From: Nitrosopumilaceae archaeon
GTDB lineage: Archaea; Thermoproteota; Nitrososphaeria; Nitrososphaerales; Nitrosopumilaceae
Direction: 5' to 3'
Assembly: GCA_965214835.1 (NCBI GenBank)
Contig: CBDCCK010000002.1
Span: 1,728,001 to 1,792,000, forward strand
Length of the DNA: 64,000 bases
In this document: positions 41,494-50,885 of the stretch, piece after piece
Position numbering within the stretch: position 1 is the first letter of the stretch
How the letters are laid out: each line of letters starts with the position of its first letter
Notes under the pieces: generated by a model
Database searches by the model: none
What the model was told of the DNA's origin: nothing
Seen by the model: the letters and a program-made list of their open reading frames with translations, nothing else
Translations under genes and position numbers: made by a program

Positions 41494-42786
41494 CAGCTAA
41501 GTGAAAAGTACCCCAGATCCTGCGTCATGGAGGGGGCTTGGGCTCCCTGATATAGATCCCCATACACTCCTTGAACACCAGCATCGTCATGACGTTTTGC
41601 ACCCCGGGCCCCTCGCTGAGCAGCGCCCGGATAATTATCCACTCGTTGAACAGTACCATCGAATAGTAAAAGCACAGCATCCTGGCTGCCAGGTCGACGG
41701 TTCGGGTCTTGGCCCTGCACTCCTCTAGCTTGGCGTATCCTGTCTCGATTCCCCACCTTGACGAGTACAGCTCGATCCTGATCTTGGGACAGTTCGTTGC
41801 AAACCCGATGAGCTTTTTCTCCGGTCTGTCCTCTGCCGCATACACCGGCTTGTTGCCGTCCCCGGACTTTTTCCTGTCCGTTATTATCATCGTGTACGTG
41901 GCCGAGTCCGTGTTGTTCTCGATTATGTTTCCGGATACCCGGGATCTCTTATCGTCATCGAACTCGCTGAGTGCTGCGACAACGTTGCCCGTGTTCCTGC
42001 ACGGCATCAGGAACTTTACTCCCCTCTCCTGCAGCATGGCAATCACCTCGACTGAGAAGAACTCGCGGTCAAGGAGGAGTAGGCGCACCTTGATTCCTGC
42101 CCTTTCAAGCTGGTCAAGGATCAAACCGGCCGATTCAGGCACGGAATCGAGCCTTTTTACGTGCAGCGCGCCCAGTGTCAGGCCCAGCCCGTCGTCGACG
42201 CACTCGGCAGTGATGTACCTCTCGGCGTATGTCGTCCCGTCCTTTTTCTTCTGGCGCGACAGGTTCTCGTCATGACTCCTGTCGTAGCGGGAGATCTTGT
42301 GCAGGTCTATTGCTATTGTCAGCCCTCTCTTGGGAATCCTTTTGGCCCTGCCCAGTCTTTCACACTGCCGTTTTATCTGCGCCTCAAAGGCCTCCTGCGC
42401 GGCCTCCGGGGTGGTCGCCTTGATCCTGTAGGCGTGCCACCTGGCAGAGGGCCCGGCGCCGCTTGTACACCCCGTGGCGTTGATGCATCCGCCCACCGAT
42501 GCGTCACTGAGGGCGCCGCGCATCATGCCGCGGTTCAGGTCGTCGATCCCGTATATGGCGTTGTGTTTCCCGGACATTCTGACGCAGGAGAGCATGTTCC
42601 TTCCGCCATCTGCAACATGTTCATATATGCGCGGGTTGTTCTCAAGATCGCGGCACTGTCTGGATTTTTGCGTCAACAAAAACCACGGGGCCGCACCGTA
42701 ATTGATCTGTTTGCATTTGCCAGTGTTGTCAAGACGGTCTAATTTTCTTGGTTTTCTGCCTGGCTGGGGTACTTTTCACTTAGCTG
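41494..42786 (-). mobile_element. ISH3-family element (transposase 41525-42679)
   Basis: TIR CAGCTAAGTGAAAAGTACCCCA; 5-bp TSD GTGGT; IAIDLH, LLDREFFSV and YSSRWGIETGY motifs. Confidence 0.93.
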
Positions 42787-42873
42787 GTGGTATCTGAGCG
42801 CCGACTATGTGTGTGATGGCGAAAAAACCCACTCTACACGGGATGCAGAGCCCAAAAACGAGGAGGAGGACTC

Positions 42874-43176
42874 TTGAAGACCTCCATTACATACGCCTAC
42901 TGTGAGGGCTGTAACAAGACGTTCCCGGCCAGCTATCATGGAGGTTCAAATCGGGGGCCACCACCAATGCCAGAATCATCTGTGCTGGCCTGGACGATGA
43001 AAGGCCTCAGGCTGTCAGTGGCATGGGCGCTGGTTTCACAAACTCCAAGGATCCGCAAACCGGCCAAAAAATCCTTTCAATGTGCATGGCGGGGGAGCTG
43101 TGCCGGCGTGGCCGAGTTGCAGGAGCTGGCAAAAAAGGGCTCGACTAACCCGACTGCCTCCAAACGCTTGCCCTAG
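42874..43176 (+). CDS. Hypothetical CxxC protein, probably decayed
   Basis: TTG start overlapping the upstream stop, GGAGG SD, YCEGCNKTF. Confidence 0.4.
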   Translation: MKTSITYAYCEGCNKTFPASYHGGSNRGPPPMPESSVLAWTMKGLRLSVAWALVSQTPRIRKPAKKSFQCAWRGSCAGVAELQELAKKGSTNPTASKRLP

Positions 43177-43414
43177 ATGCAGGCAGCGCCCTAGGTGATC
43201 CAGGTAGCGAAAAACTGCCGGCCGCGCAGTCATCAATCCCCGGCATCCAAAATCTCCAAGCCGGGTTTTTCATTTTTGTGCGTGTCCGGATGCAGTATGT
43301 CTGGATGGATGTGCCACATCCTTGTTCGGAGCTAGTCTTCTGGCTTGATTTGATCAAGCCGTCACTAGTGACTGCGGCCTCCTTGTGGCGCCTAGCTTGC
43401 CCGTGGCTCTGACA

Positions 43415-43978
43415 CTAATCATCCCTTATCCATCCCCTCTTGATAATCCCCCGATCCTCGTCATTGCCTACTCCTGTGGCATACCTCCACACGGCACCTG
43501 TGCCTGCGCTCATCTTGCTCTTGATCTTCAGCAGCGATTCTGCCTCTGAGTTGAGATTCCCGTCTGCGCTTCCGTTCTCCATGCAGAACTTGCACTTGGC
43601 ATCCAGGGCAATCGGGTCTGTCTCAACCAGCGGATATGCAGAGCATGCCAACGGCCTGTCCTGGTAAATCCTGCACATGTATCCACCGTGTCCTGCCCTG
43701 TCATCTGACTCTACATCCAAAAACGGGCATGTGTTTCCGTTATCCTCTCTGCCCATCATCTGGTACGCAATGACCTGCGTCGGCCCGCCTTTTTCAGAGT
43801 CTGAGACGCCTATCCTTGGAACAATTGAGATCGAGACTCCATTTTCTCTGGCCATCTTTTCAATCCTCTGCTTTTCCTCTGGCAGGATCAAGACTCCAAT
43901 CTTCCCGTACTCCTTTGATGGAAAGTACTCCCTGTCAATGCAGCACTGGGAGCAGTCCTGGACGCAGTGAAACTCCAT
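43415..43978 (-). CDS. YkgJ-family cysteine-cluster (Fe-S/Zn) protein
   Basis: F-C--DCSQCC...CPFL...CRIYQDRPLACSAYP. Confidence 0.88.
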   Translation of the reverse strand: MEFHCVQDCSQCCIDREYFPSKEYGKIGVLILPEEKQRIEKMARENGVSISIVPRIGVSDSEKGGPTQVIAYQMMGREDNGNTCPFLDVESDDRAGHGGYMCRIYQDRPLACSAYPLVETDPIALDAKCKFCMENGSADGNLNSEAESLLKIKSKMSAGTGAVWRYATGVGNDEDRGIIKRGWIRDD

Positions 43979-44072
43979 CCCATTGCTAGGGCTATTTTGG
44001 ATAAAACCCCTTTGCATACAATACCGGCCGGGCAATCTTCACAGTTATATGTAATGCTAATCGAAGGCACCC

Positions 44073-44384
44073 ATGGGAAAGCGCCAGGTCAAAAACGAAA
44101 GCGAGCTAAAGGAGATCAGGCTGCCCGAGGAGGGAGAGGTCTTTGGAAGGGTCCTCAAGATGCTGGGGGGAGAAAACGTAATGATCAAGTGCACCGACAA
44201 TGTCACCCGGAGGGGCAGAATCCGCGGAAAGCTGAAAAGAAGGGTCTGGATCCGTGACAACGACATTGTGATTATCGCCCCGTGGGACTTTAAGAACAGC
44301 GAGCAGGGCGACATTGTCTGGAGGTTCACCCTGCCGCAGGTCGCATGGCTAAAGGAGAACAACCACATCCCCAAGGACTTTTAG
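44073..44384 (+). CDS. eif1a: Translation initiation factor aIF-1A
   Basis: RGRIRGKLKRRVWIRDNDIVIIAPWDF motif. Confidence 0.97.
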   Translation: MGKRQVKNESELKEIRLPEEGEVFGRVLKMLGGENVMIKCTDNVTRRGRIRGKLKRRVWIRDNDIVIIAPWDFKNSEQGDIVWRFTLPQVAWLKENNHIPKDF

Positions 44385-44398
44385 CGTGAAAAAACTAA

Positions 44399-44520
44399 TG
44401 GTCCCAAGCGAAGGAATTGAACCTTCGACAACCCGGTTTCTGTATGCCTGATATGCTGCTCATGGTCAGCCAGGGCCGACATCTACAGCCGGAAGCTCTA
44501 CCAGGCTGAGCTAGCTTGGG
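44399..44520 (-). tRNA. tRNA-Tyr(GTA) with a 45-nt intron at canonical 37/38 (44438-44482) and encoded CCA
   Basis: Reverse complement CCCAAGC TAGCTCAGCCTGGTAGAGC TTCCGG CT GTA G [intron] A CCGGG TTGTC GAAGG TTCAATT CCTTC GCTTGGG A CCA; C1-G72/A73 is the archaeal Tyr identity. Confidence 0.95.
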
Positions 44521-44639
44521 ACAGGTTCTCGGGCGCACCTTTGTATTAAATAACTATCGAAGGCCCAATCACGCTCTGGGGATCAGATCCTCCGATCCGC
44601 CTCAACAAGCGTTAAATACCAACCAGAAAACTTGGATCC

Positions 44640-45248
44640 GTGCCAAAACAGGAGTTCACAAACGGATACGTCTGCTATCCCTACAACCACACGCACGACT
44701 CGATCGAGCTAAAGGAGTCCTGGGAAAAGTCAAAGAACATAGAGTCCATGTACTTTGCCACCGCGACGTTCTCCGGCGAGAGCAAGCCCTACTTTGCCAA
44801 TTGCTCCAACCACTATCTTCTGGCCCGGTTCAGGGACAGTGCTGTCCTTGCAGATGACGTGGAAAACCACAAGCAAAACGAGGAGTCTTTTGTCTTCAAC
44901 ATCGATGATGACTTTTTTGAGAGAGAGGTTGACGGGAACATGAACTTTGTGTCCGTGTACTATCTTGAATATGGAGAGTCCGGGGAGGACGTCTCTGAGA
45001 TTGCAAGCGTGGTGGCCAAGCGTGAAAAGGTCGCGCGGGCGGGACTGGGACACATGGATCTCTACTGCAAGGAATCCCCGAAATTCACGTTTCCGTACAG
45101 CAAGAGCATCGTCGTGCTGGAGGTATCAAGCGAGAAGAGCCATCAGAGCGTCAACAAGTACTGTGAGAGAACGCGATCCTACGTGACGAGGAAGGGCTAC
45201 TCCCTGACCAGCCTGGTTGGTCTATCCGTTCTTGAAAAGCTAAAGTAG
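44640..45248 (+). CDS. Conserved thaumarchaeal hypothetical protein
   Basis: 202-aa ORF with host-like codon usage; TATA-like TTAAATA upstream. Confidence 0.7.
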   Translation: MPKQEFTNGYVCYPYNHTHDSIELKESWEKSKNIESMYFATATFSGESKPYFANCSNHYLLARFRDSAVLADDVENHKQNEESFVFNIDDDFFEREVDGNMNFVSVYYLEYGESGEDVSEIASVVAKREKVARAGLGHMDLYCKESPKFTFPYSKSIVVLEVSSEKSHQSVNKYCERTRSYVTRKGYSLTSLVGLSVLEKLK

Positions 45249-45282
45249 AAGGGTTAAATATTCCGCGCAAGCCCGTGACCGT

Positions 45283-45693
45283 ATGAGCAAGCCGGCAGAC
45301 CTGGGTTCCCTGAAGATCGGTTCGTACATCCTGCTGCCCGTAGGTGATCAGGCGACGGGGGAGCCGTGCAGGATTGTAGAGTATGATACGTCCAAGCCGG
45401 GCAAGCACGGGGCAGCCAAGGCGCGTATTGTCGGCGTGGGCGTCTTTGACGCGCAGAAGAGGCCGCATGTGGGCCCCGTCAGCATGCAGGTACACGTGCC
45501 GCTGATCGACAAGCGTACAGGACAGGTCATCTCCATTACAGGCGACAACTACCAGCTGATGGACTCGGAGACCTTTGAAACAATCGACGTCTCGCAGGTC
45601 GACGACGAGGTAAGCGGCAGGATTGAGAACGGGCAGAACGTCGAGTACTGGAAGGTCATGGAGCGGACCAAAATCATGAGGATCAAGGGCTAG
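45283..45693 (+). CDS. eif5a: Translation factor aIF-5A
   Basis: Hypusine motif SKPGKHGAAK. Confidence 0.97.
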   Translation: MSKPADLGSLKIGSYILLPVGDQATGEPCRIVEYDTSKPGKHGAAKARIVGVGVFDAQKRPHVGPVSMQVHVPLIDKRTGQVISITGDNYQLMDSETFETIDVSQVDDEVSGRIENGQNVEYWKVMERTKIMRIKG

Positions 45694-45885
45694 GCCCTGT
45701 CGTGGCACATTTTTTGCAGCGTATTGGCAACCTTGCATGAGACAGGCGCAGTGGACAGCCAAAAGGCGGAACATCCGTCCTTTGGAAATCAAAGGCGCCG
45801 GTACTCAATCCAAGGCAGGCCCGCGCCTGTGGGATTTCAGCGCCTCATGAGGCCTGCAGCTGAATCCAGGCATGCATGCTGTCGA

Positions 45886-46300
45886 TCACAAGCTCTTGAA
45901 CGGCATCGATCCTCCCCGGATGAACCTTCCGGCGCCAAGCTGCATACTGAAGTACTGACAGCGCATGCCCCATCCCCCAAGCATGGAATGATACTCGGAG
46001 GCCAGCATGTCCCTCTTACCGGTGCCAATACTTCCCATCGTACTGACCTCCGGCACTGCAGTCGGTATGTGCGTGGCCCTCAGGCGTCTCTCCTCCATGA
46101 TGTAATCACGGACAGCCCCCGCCGTGTGTACCGGGGCATCCATAGTGCGTACAGTTGAAATTCGAATGTTTTTTATCGAAATAGGCCTGGTGTGCCAAAA
46201 TTATGATCCATTTTTTTGATGCGCGCACCATTACAGCGCGGATCTTGCCCGTGCGGCTGGCCGGCGCCTTGGGAAAGTCGTACCGCAACAGGATGGCCCC
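45886..46300 (-). pseudogene. Highly decayed IS630 remnant
   Basis: MDAPVHT--AVRDYI...PTAVPEVS...KRDMLASEY parallels the C-terminus of 33574-34170. Confidence 0.6.
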
Positions 46301-46653
46301 TGGAGAGTTGAAGTCATGCCCCTTGCCGACCAGGCATGAAAATCACAACTGCAGGCAAATGTGTGCCTGATTACTGCCTGGGCAGGAGCTATCATATTAC
46401 GTTGTACCAATCAAATTTTTTCTCGTATGTATGGAAGAGCTTGCGGTGCTCGATAGAGGTTGCCTCGCCTACGACAACTCTGCGGTGTCCTCCTCCGTAC
46501 TGCACCATCACCGGCTTTCACCGGCGACTAGTACTTTGCACTTTGCCTGTTGGTGTGCCCAGCCGACTGGCCGCACGAGGAGGTCTGCTGTTTTCTCCCA
46601 GCTGAGGTTTTTTACGCCGACCATGCTTACTGCGGATATGCTGGCCATCACAT

Positions 46654-46890
46654 GGTAACAGCTCGGGCTCTGGAAGTTCAGGTATGAATTTTACCGCCAA
46701 AGGAACCTTCGCAGATGTAATTCGTGCCTAAAATCGTAAATCACTTCGAGCCCGAGCTGTTGTGCCCATAGCCTATCCAGAAGTGCCACACAAAACGGCT
46801 CCCAATCCGAAACGACTCAAATCAATTCGCCTACAGATCCGCATGTCATCGTCTGCACCGTCATGAACCTGGTTACTTCTGGGAAGACTA
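46654..46890. mobile_element. Stacked MITEs: family D (46654-46764) and family C (46769-46890)
   Basis: GGTAACAGCTCGGGCTC...GAGCCCGAGCTGTT, then TAGCCTATCCAGAAGT...ACTTCTGGGAAGACTA. Confidence 0.8.
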
Positions 46891-46934
46891 CTCTTTCAAT
46901 CATCTTCAAATAGTGGCCTTTACAACCTCTATTC

Positions 46935-47222
46935 ATGGAGTACGAGATTGAGAAAAAAATCCACATCACATGCCCTCACTGCGAAAAGGCAATCGAGGCC
47001 GACATTGAGGTCGAGCTGGAAGTCAAGGACAAAAAGCACAAGGACAAAAAGCCCAAAGAAAAGCCAAGTAGCGAGAAAAAGCCCAAAGAAAAGCCAAGTA
47101 GCGAGAAAAAGCCCAAAGAAAAGCCAAGTAGCGAGAAAAAGCCCAAAGAAAAGCCAAGTAGCGAGAAAAAGCCCAAAGAAAAGCCAAGTAAAAAACCCAG
47201 AAGCAAAAAGCCTGGAAAGTAG
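46935..47222 (+). CDS. Small CxxC protein with a Lys-rich tandem-repeat tail
   Basis: ITCPHCEK followed by (KKPKEKPSSE)n. Confidence 0.7.
   Translation: MEYEIEKKIHITCPHCEKAIEADIEVELEVKDKKHKDKKPKEKPSSEKKPKEKPSSEKKPKEKPSSEKKPKEKPSSEKKPKEKPSKKPRSKKPGK
47046..47190 (+). repeat. 30-bp perfect tandem repeat, 4.8 copies
   Basis: AAAAAGCCCAAAGAAAAGCCAAGTAGCGAG. Confidence 0.97.
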
Positions 47223-47471
47223 CCTGTAGGACTAAAATAACACCGTGTGATGTCTATGCTGGGTGCTGATGAGAAGCGGAAAAGCCGTCTGAGTTTTGAT
47301 GAGGATTATGAGTGTTGAGGCATCTGTTTTTTTGTATGGGGCCATCTCTCCCTTGGCAATTGGGCATGAATTGCATGCAACTGTAGCTTTTATGCCTGGT
47401 CAACAAGGGGGCGCAGCCTTGTACGTTTTTTATTGACAAAAGATATCTAGCCTGGCTTTTTACCGAAAGGC

Positions 47472-48161
47472 ATGAGGCTGGCAGCGCTGTTTTCTGGCGG
47501 CAAGGACAGCACGTTTGCCATACATGCGGCACGGCAGCTGGGCCACTCCGTAGACTGCCTGGTCGTGGTTCATCCAAAGTCCGCCGACAGCCACCTGCTG
47601 CACCATCCAAACGTTGAATTTACCATACTGCAGTCAGAGTCGATGCAGATTCCATTGCTGCGCTCTGATGCGCATAGCGCCGACACTGCCCACGAGGTGG
47701 GACTGATGCGCGACATGCTCAAGCGCGCAAAAGCCGATTTTGGCATAGACGGCATTGTTCACGGCGGGATACTCAGCGAGTTTCAAAGATCACGCTTTCA
47801 GGATGCCTGCATGCAGCTGGGCCTGCAGGCGGTCGCCCCACTGTGGAGAATAGATCAAAGCAAGTACATGAGGAGCCTGCTTGAGCAGGGCTTTGACTTT
47901 ATAATCACAAGCGTCACCGCCGGCGGACTCGACGACTCCTGGCTGGGCAGGCGTCTTGCCAGAGACGATCTCTCTGACCTGGAAAAACTGTCGCAAAAGC
48001 ACGCATTCAACACAAGCTTCGAGGGAGGCGAGGCCGAGACCTTCGTGGTAGACTGCCCCCTTTTCTCAAAGCCCATCGTAATCAAGAACGCCAGAAGGTT
48101 CTGGGACGGCTACAGAGGAAGATTTGAAATACTGGAGGCTGCATTAGACAACCATGCTTGA
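47472..48161 (+). CDS. dph6: Diphthine-ammonia ligase
   Basis: LFSGGKDS, APLW and FEGGEAETFVVDCPLF motifs. Confidence 0.9.
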   Translation: MRLAALFSGGKDSTFAIHAARQLGHSVDCLVVVHPKSADSHLLHHPNVEFTILQSESMQIPLLRSDAHSADTAHEVGLMRDMLKRAKADFGIDGIVHGGILSEFQRSRFQDACMQLGLQAVAPLWRIDQSKYMRSLLEQGFDFIITSVTAGGLDDSWLGRRLARDDLSDLEKLSQKHAFNTSFEGGEAETFVVDCPLFSKPIVIKNARRFWDGYRGRFEILEAALDNHA

Positions 48162-49479
48162 CGGATTGAAAGGCAGCCTTCGCGCCGCCATTAAAAAAAT
48201 TGTAAGGTCCTCCGGCGTGGATGAGGAGCTCATTGCAGAGCTGGCAATGGACGTGCAGAGGGCCCTGATTGTGGCCGACGTCGACGTCGAACTCGTGCTG
48301 GAAATCACGCAGAATCTAAAGCAGAGATCCCTCAACGAGACCCCCCCTCCCGGACTATCAAGAAAGGATCACATCGTAAAAATCCTTTACGACGAGCTGG
48401 CCGGGCTGCTGGGAAACGACACCGAGTTCTCGTTCCGGCCGGGAAGGATCAACAGGGTCGTAATGCTGGGAATACAGGGAAGCGGCAAGACCACCGCCAC
48501 CTCCAAGCTCTCAAAGCTTCTTGTGGGCCAGGGATACAGGGTTGGCGTAATCGGTGCAGATACATATCGCCCCGGAGCCCTGGTACAGCTCCGTACAATG
48601 TGCGAGAAGGCCGGCGTGGAGGTATACGGCGAGGAGAACGGCAGGGACTCGCCGCAGATTGTCAAAAACGGGCTGAGGCACTTTGAGGATTCCGGCCTTG
48701 ACGTTCTGATTATAGACACTGCCGGACGCCACAAGGGGGAGCAGGAACTGCTTGACGAGATGAAGCAAATCAACAGGGTCGCAGAGCCTGACCTTGCACT
48801 GCTTGTAATCGACGGCACCATCGGGCAGCAGTGCTTCGGCCAGGCCGAGGCCTTTCACAAGACGATCCCCGTGGGGGGCATAATCATAACAAAGCTGGAC
48901 AGCTCCGCAAAGGGTGGAGGCGCCCTGGCAGCATCTGCTGCCACCGGCGCGCAGATCATGTACATAGGCACGGGCGAGAGGATAGATGATCTTGAAAGGT
49001 TCTCACCCACGCGCTTTGTCGGCAAGCTGCTCGGCATGGGAGACATTCAGGCCCTACTTGACCTCGTAAAGCGCCTTGAAAGCGAGGCCGATGATGTAAG
49101 AATGAAGCGCATCTCCAGCGGCAAGATGAACATGGAGGACTTTCTTTACCAGCTAGAGGAGGTCAACAAGGTCGGCTCCCTGCGCGGACTGCTAGACAGC
49201 ATGCCCGGGCTCTCCGGAATGATCAAAGACGATCAGCTGGATCAGATGGAGGGGAAGATCGACAGGTGGAGGTTCATCATCCAGAGCATGACCAAGCAGG
49301 AAAAGGCGGATCCCGACCTGATAAAGTCATCCCGCCTTCAGCGCATTGCACGGGGCTCTGGCTGGCCGCAGAGCGACGTCAAGGAGCTGTTGAAGGGTTA
49401 CAAGAATTCAAAGAACATGGTAAAGGCGTCCAAGGGAAGGCAGATGCAAAGCACACTAAGGCGCATGGGAATGGGCTAG
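48154..49479 (+). CDS. srp54: Signal recognition particle protein SRP54
   Basis: [33 protein letters not shown] and RIARGSG motifs. Confidence 0.97.
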   Translation: MLDGLKGSLRAAIKKIVRSSGVDEELIAELAMDVQRALIVADVDVELVLEITQNLKQRSLNETPPPGLSRKDHIVKILYDELAGLLGNDTEFSFRPGRINRVVMLGIQGSGKTTATSKLSKLLVGQGYRVGVIGADTYRPGALVQLRTMCEKAGVEVYGEENGRDSPQIVKNGLRHFEDSGLDVLIIDTAGRHKGEQELLDEMKQINRVAEPDLALLVIDGTIGQQCFGQAEAFHKTIPVGGIIITKLDSSAKGGGALAASAATGAQIMYIGTGERIDDLERFSPTRFVGKLLGMGDIQALLDLVKRLESEADDVRMKRISSGKMNMEDFLYQLEEVNKVGSLRGLLDSMPGLSGMIKDDQLDQMEGKIDRWRFIIQSMTKQEKADPDLIKSSRLQRIARGSGWPQSDVKELLKGYKNSKNMVKASKGRQMQSTLRRMGMG

Positions 49480-49490
49480 CGCGACTGCAA

Positions 49491-50726
49491 ATGCAACCGG
49501 TACGACATGGCCTTCCCAAGTCCGTCCTAGATGAGTCCAGAAAAATCATCAAGGCCTTTCCTCTGTGTGACTCATGCCTGGGACGGCTATATGCAAAAAA
49601 ACTGCGCCTGGCCTCATGCAAGATGCTGGGCTCCAGAATCAGAGCCCAGATGGGCAGTAAAAAACCTGCCAAGTGCTACATCTGCAGGGATCTGCTCTCC
49701 GGTCTGGACTCGTACGTTGATCAGCTGGCATCAATCTCCGAGAAGACGCACTATGACAGCTTCCTGGTCGGGACAATCCTGAGGCCTTCCGTCTTGGATC
49801 GGGACGACCATGTCCGCTCTAGATTCAAGATGCGCGGCGCAGACAGCATAAAGACCGAGGTCACAAGGTCGCTGACCAGATCCTTCGCAAGAAGATCCAA
49901 AAAACCCGTTGATCACCTTGACCCCGAGCTTACACTACTTGTAAACTTTAGGACAGACGCGTGCGAGCAGCGCGCAAGGCCGCTGGTAATATCCGGACGG
50001 TACACGAAAAGCAGGCGCGGCCTGCCGCAAAAACAGCACCCGTGCGATGACTGCCGGGGCAGGGGATGCATCTTTTGCGGCGGCCACGGAATAACCGGCT
50101 TTGACAGCGTCGAGGGCATCGTCTCAAGGCTGTTTTATGAGAAGTTTGGCGTCCTCCGGGTCAGGTTTACCTGGATAGGGGGCGAGGATAGGGACAGCCT
50201 GGTGGGGGGGAAAGGGCGGCCGTTTTTTGCCAAGCTTGTCAACCCCCGGCTGCGAAATACCAAGCTGCCGGGAACCGTCCGCCTTGGGGCCATCTCGCTG
50301 CACGGACTAAAAAGGATCGAGCGGGTTCCCAGCAGTCCGATTGGATTCCAATCCAGGGTCACGCTGTACGTGCAGTCAGGCGTCAAGATCAGTTCAAGGC
50401 AGCTCTCAAAATTATGCACCCTGACCAGAAGACCGGTCATTCTGCATGACGGGGACAGGCCGGCTGAGAAGCACATCCGTGAGCTGGCCTACAAAAAGAC
50501 CTCTCCTGACGGATTCTCCGTGACCCTGCTTGCCGACGGGGGCCTCTCCATGAAAAGGGTAGTCGAGGGCGACGGGGTCACTCCAAACATGTCTGAAATC
50601 CTAGGCGCCGAGTGCACCTGCACCCGGTTTGATTTTGAGGATATCACGATAAATGGTGCACTGACCAGCCGTGGTGATCCGGGGGAGCTCCAGGTCGGAG
50701 CCAGGTCGGGGCGGCATTCGGACTAG
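49491..50726 (+). CDS. pus10: tRNA pseudouridine synthase Pus10
   Basis: LCDSCLGR...CYIC, GRYTKSRRGLPQ, GGEDRD and ADGGLSMKRVVEG motifs. Confidence 0.85.
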   Translation: MQPVRHGLPKSVLDESRKIIKAFPLCDSCLGRLYAKKLRLASCKMLGSRIRAQMGSKKPAKCYICRDLLSGLDSYVDQLASISEKTHYDSFLVGTILRPSVLDRDDHVRSRFKMRGADSIKTEVTRSLTRSFARRSKKPVDHLDPELTLLVNFRTDACEQRARPLVISGRYTKSRRGLPQKQHPCDDCRGRGCIFCGGHGITGFDSVEGIVSRLFYEKFGVLRVRFTWIGGEDRDSLVGGKGRPFFAKLVNPRLRNTKLPGTVRLGAISLHGLKRIERVPSSPIGFQSRVTLYVQSGVKISSRQLSKLCTLTRRPVILHDGDRPAEKHIRELAYKKTSPDGFSVTLLADGGLSMKRVVEGDGVTPNMSEILGAECTCTRFDFEDITINGALTSRGDPGELQVGARSGRHSD

Positions 50727-50885
50727 CCTTCACTGTAGATTGCGTAAAGAATCCATGGCGCCGCCGTCTTACGTCAAAAAGGCGTGTGACTGGGCAAGGA
50801 GCAAGTCCGCACCTACCGTGTTTCGGCGCGCCGTGGCTATTTTGGCAATTCATATGTTCCAATCATACTTGTACCGTTTTGATTC

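Larger units (their letters stand above)
40355..42877 (+). pseudogene. 42-aa gene interrupted by both IS630 and ISH3
   Basis: Rejoined MT|SRFQPIIRFARW|YLSADYVCDGEKTHSTRDAEPKNEEEDS*; GGAGG SD, ATGA overlap upstream and TTGA overlap downstream. Confidence 0.7.

Noticed and set aside
44399-44520. tRNA-Tyr as the attachment site of the 32.6-43.4 kb island
   Set aside because: No duplicated tRNA 3' half was seen, no integrase is present, and core genes separate the tRNA from the island.
49266-49490. N-terminal extensions in the ORF track (pus10, HD protein, hemB, SWIM, HNH)
   Set aside because: They overlap upstream genes or promoters; downstream starts fit the family N-termini and start/stop overlaps better.
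50650-50880. GC-rich stretch after pus10 as SRP RNA or RNase P RNA
   Set aside because: I found no SRP helix-8 (GNAR/GGAA-AGCA) or RNase P P4 consensus on either strand.
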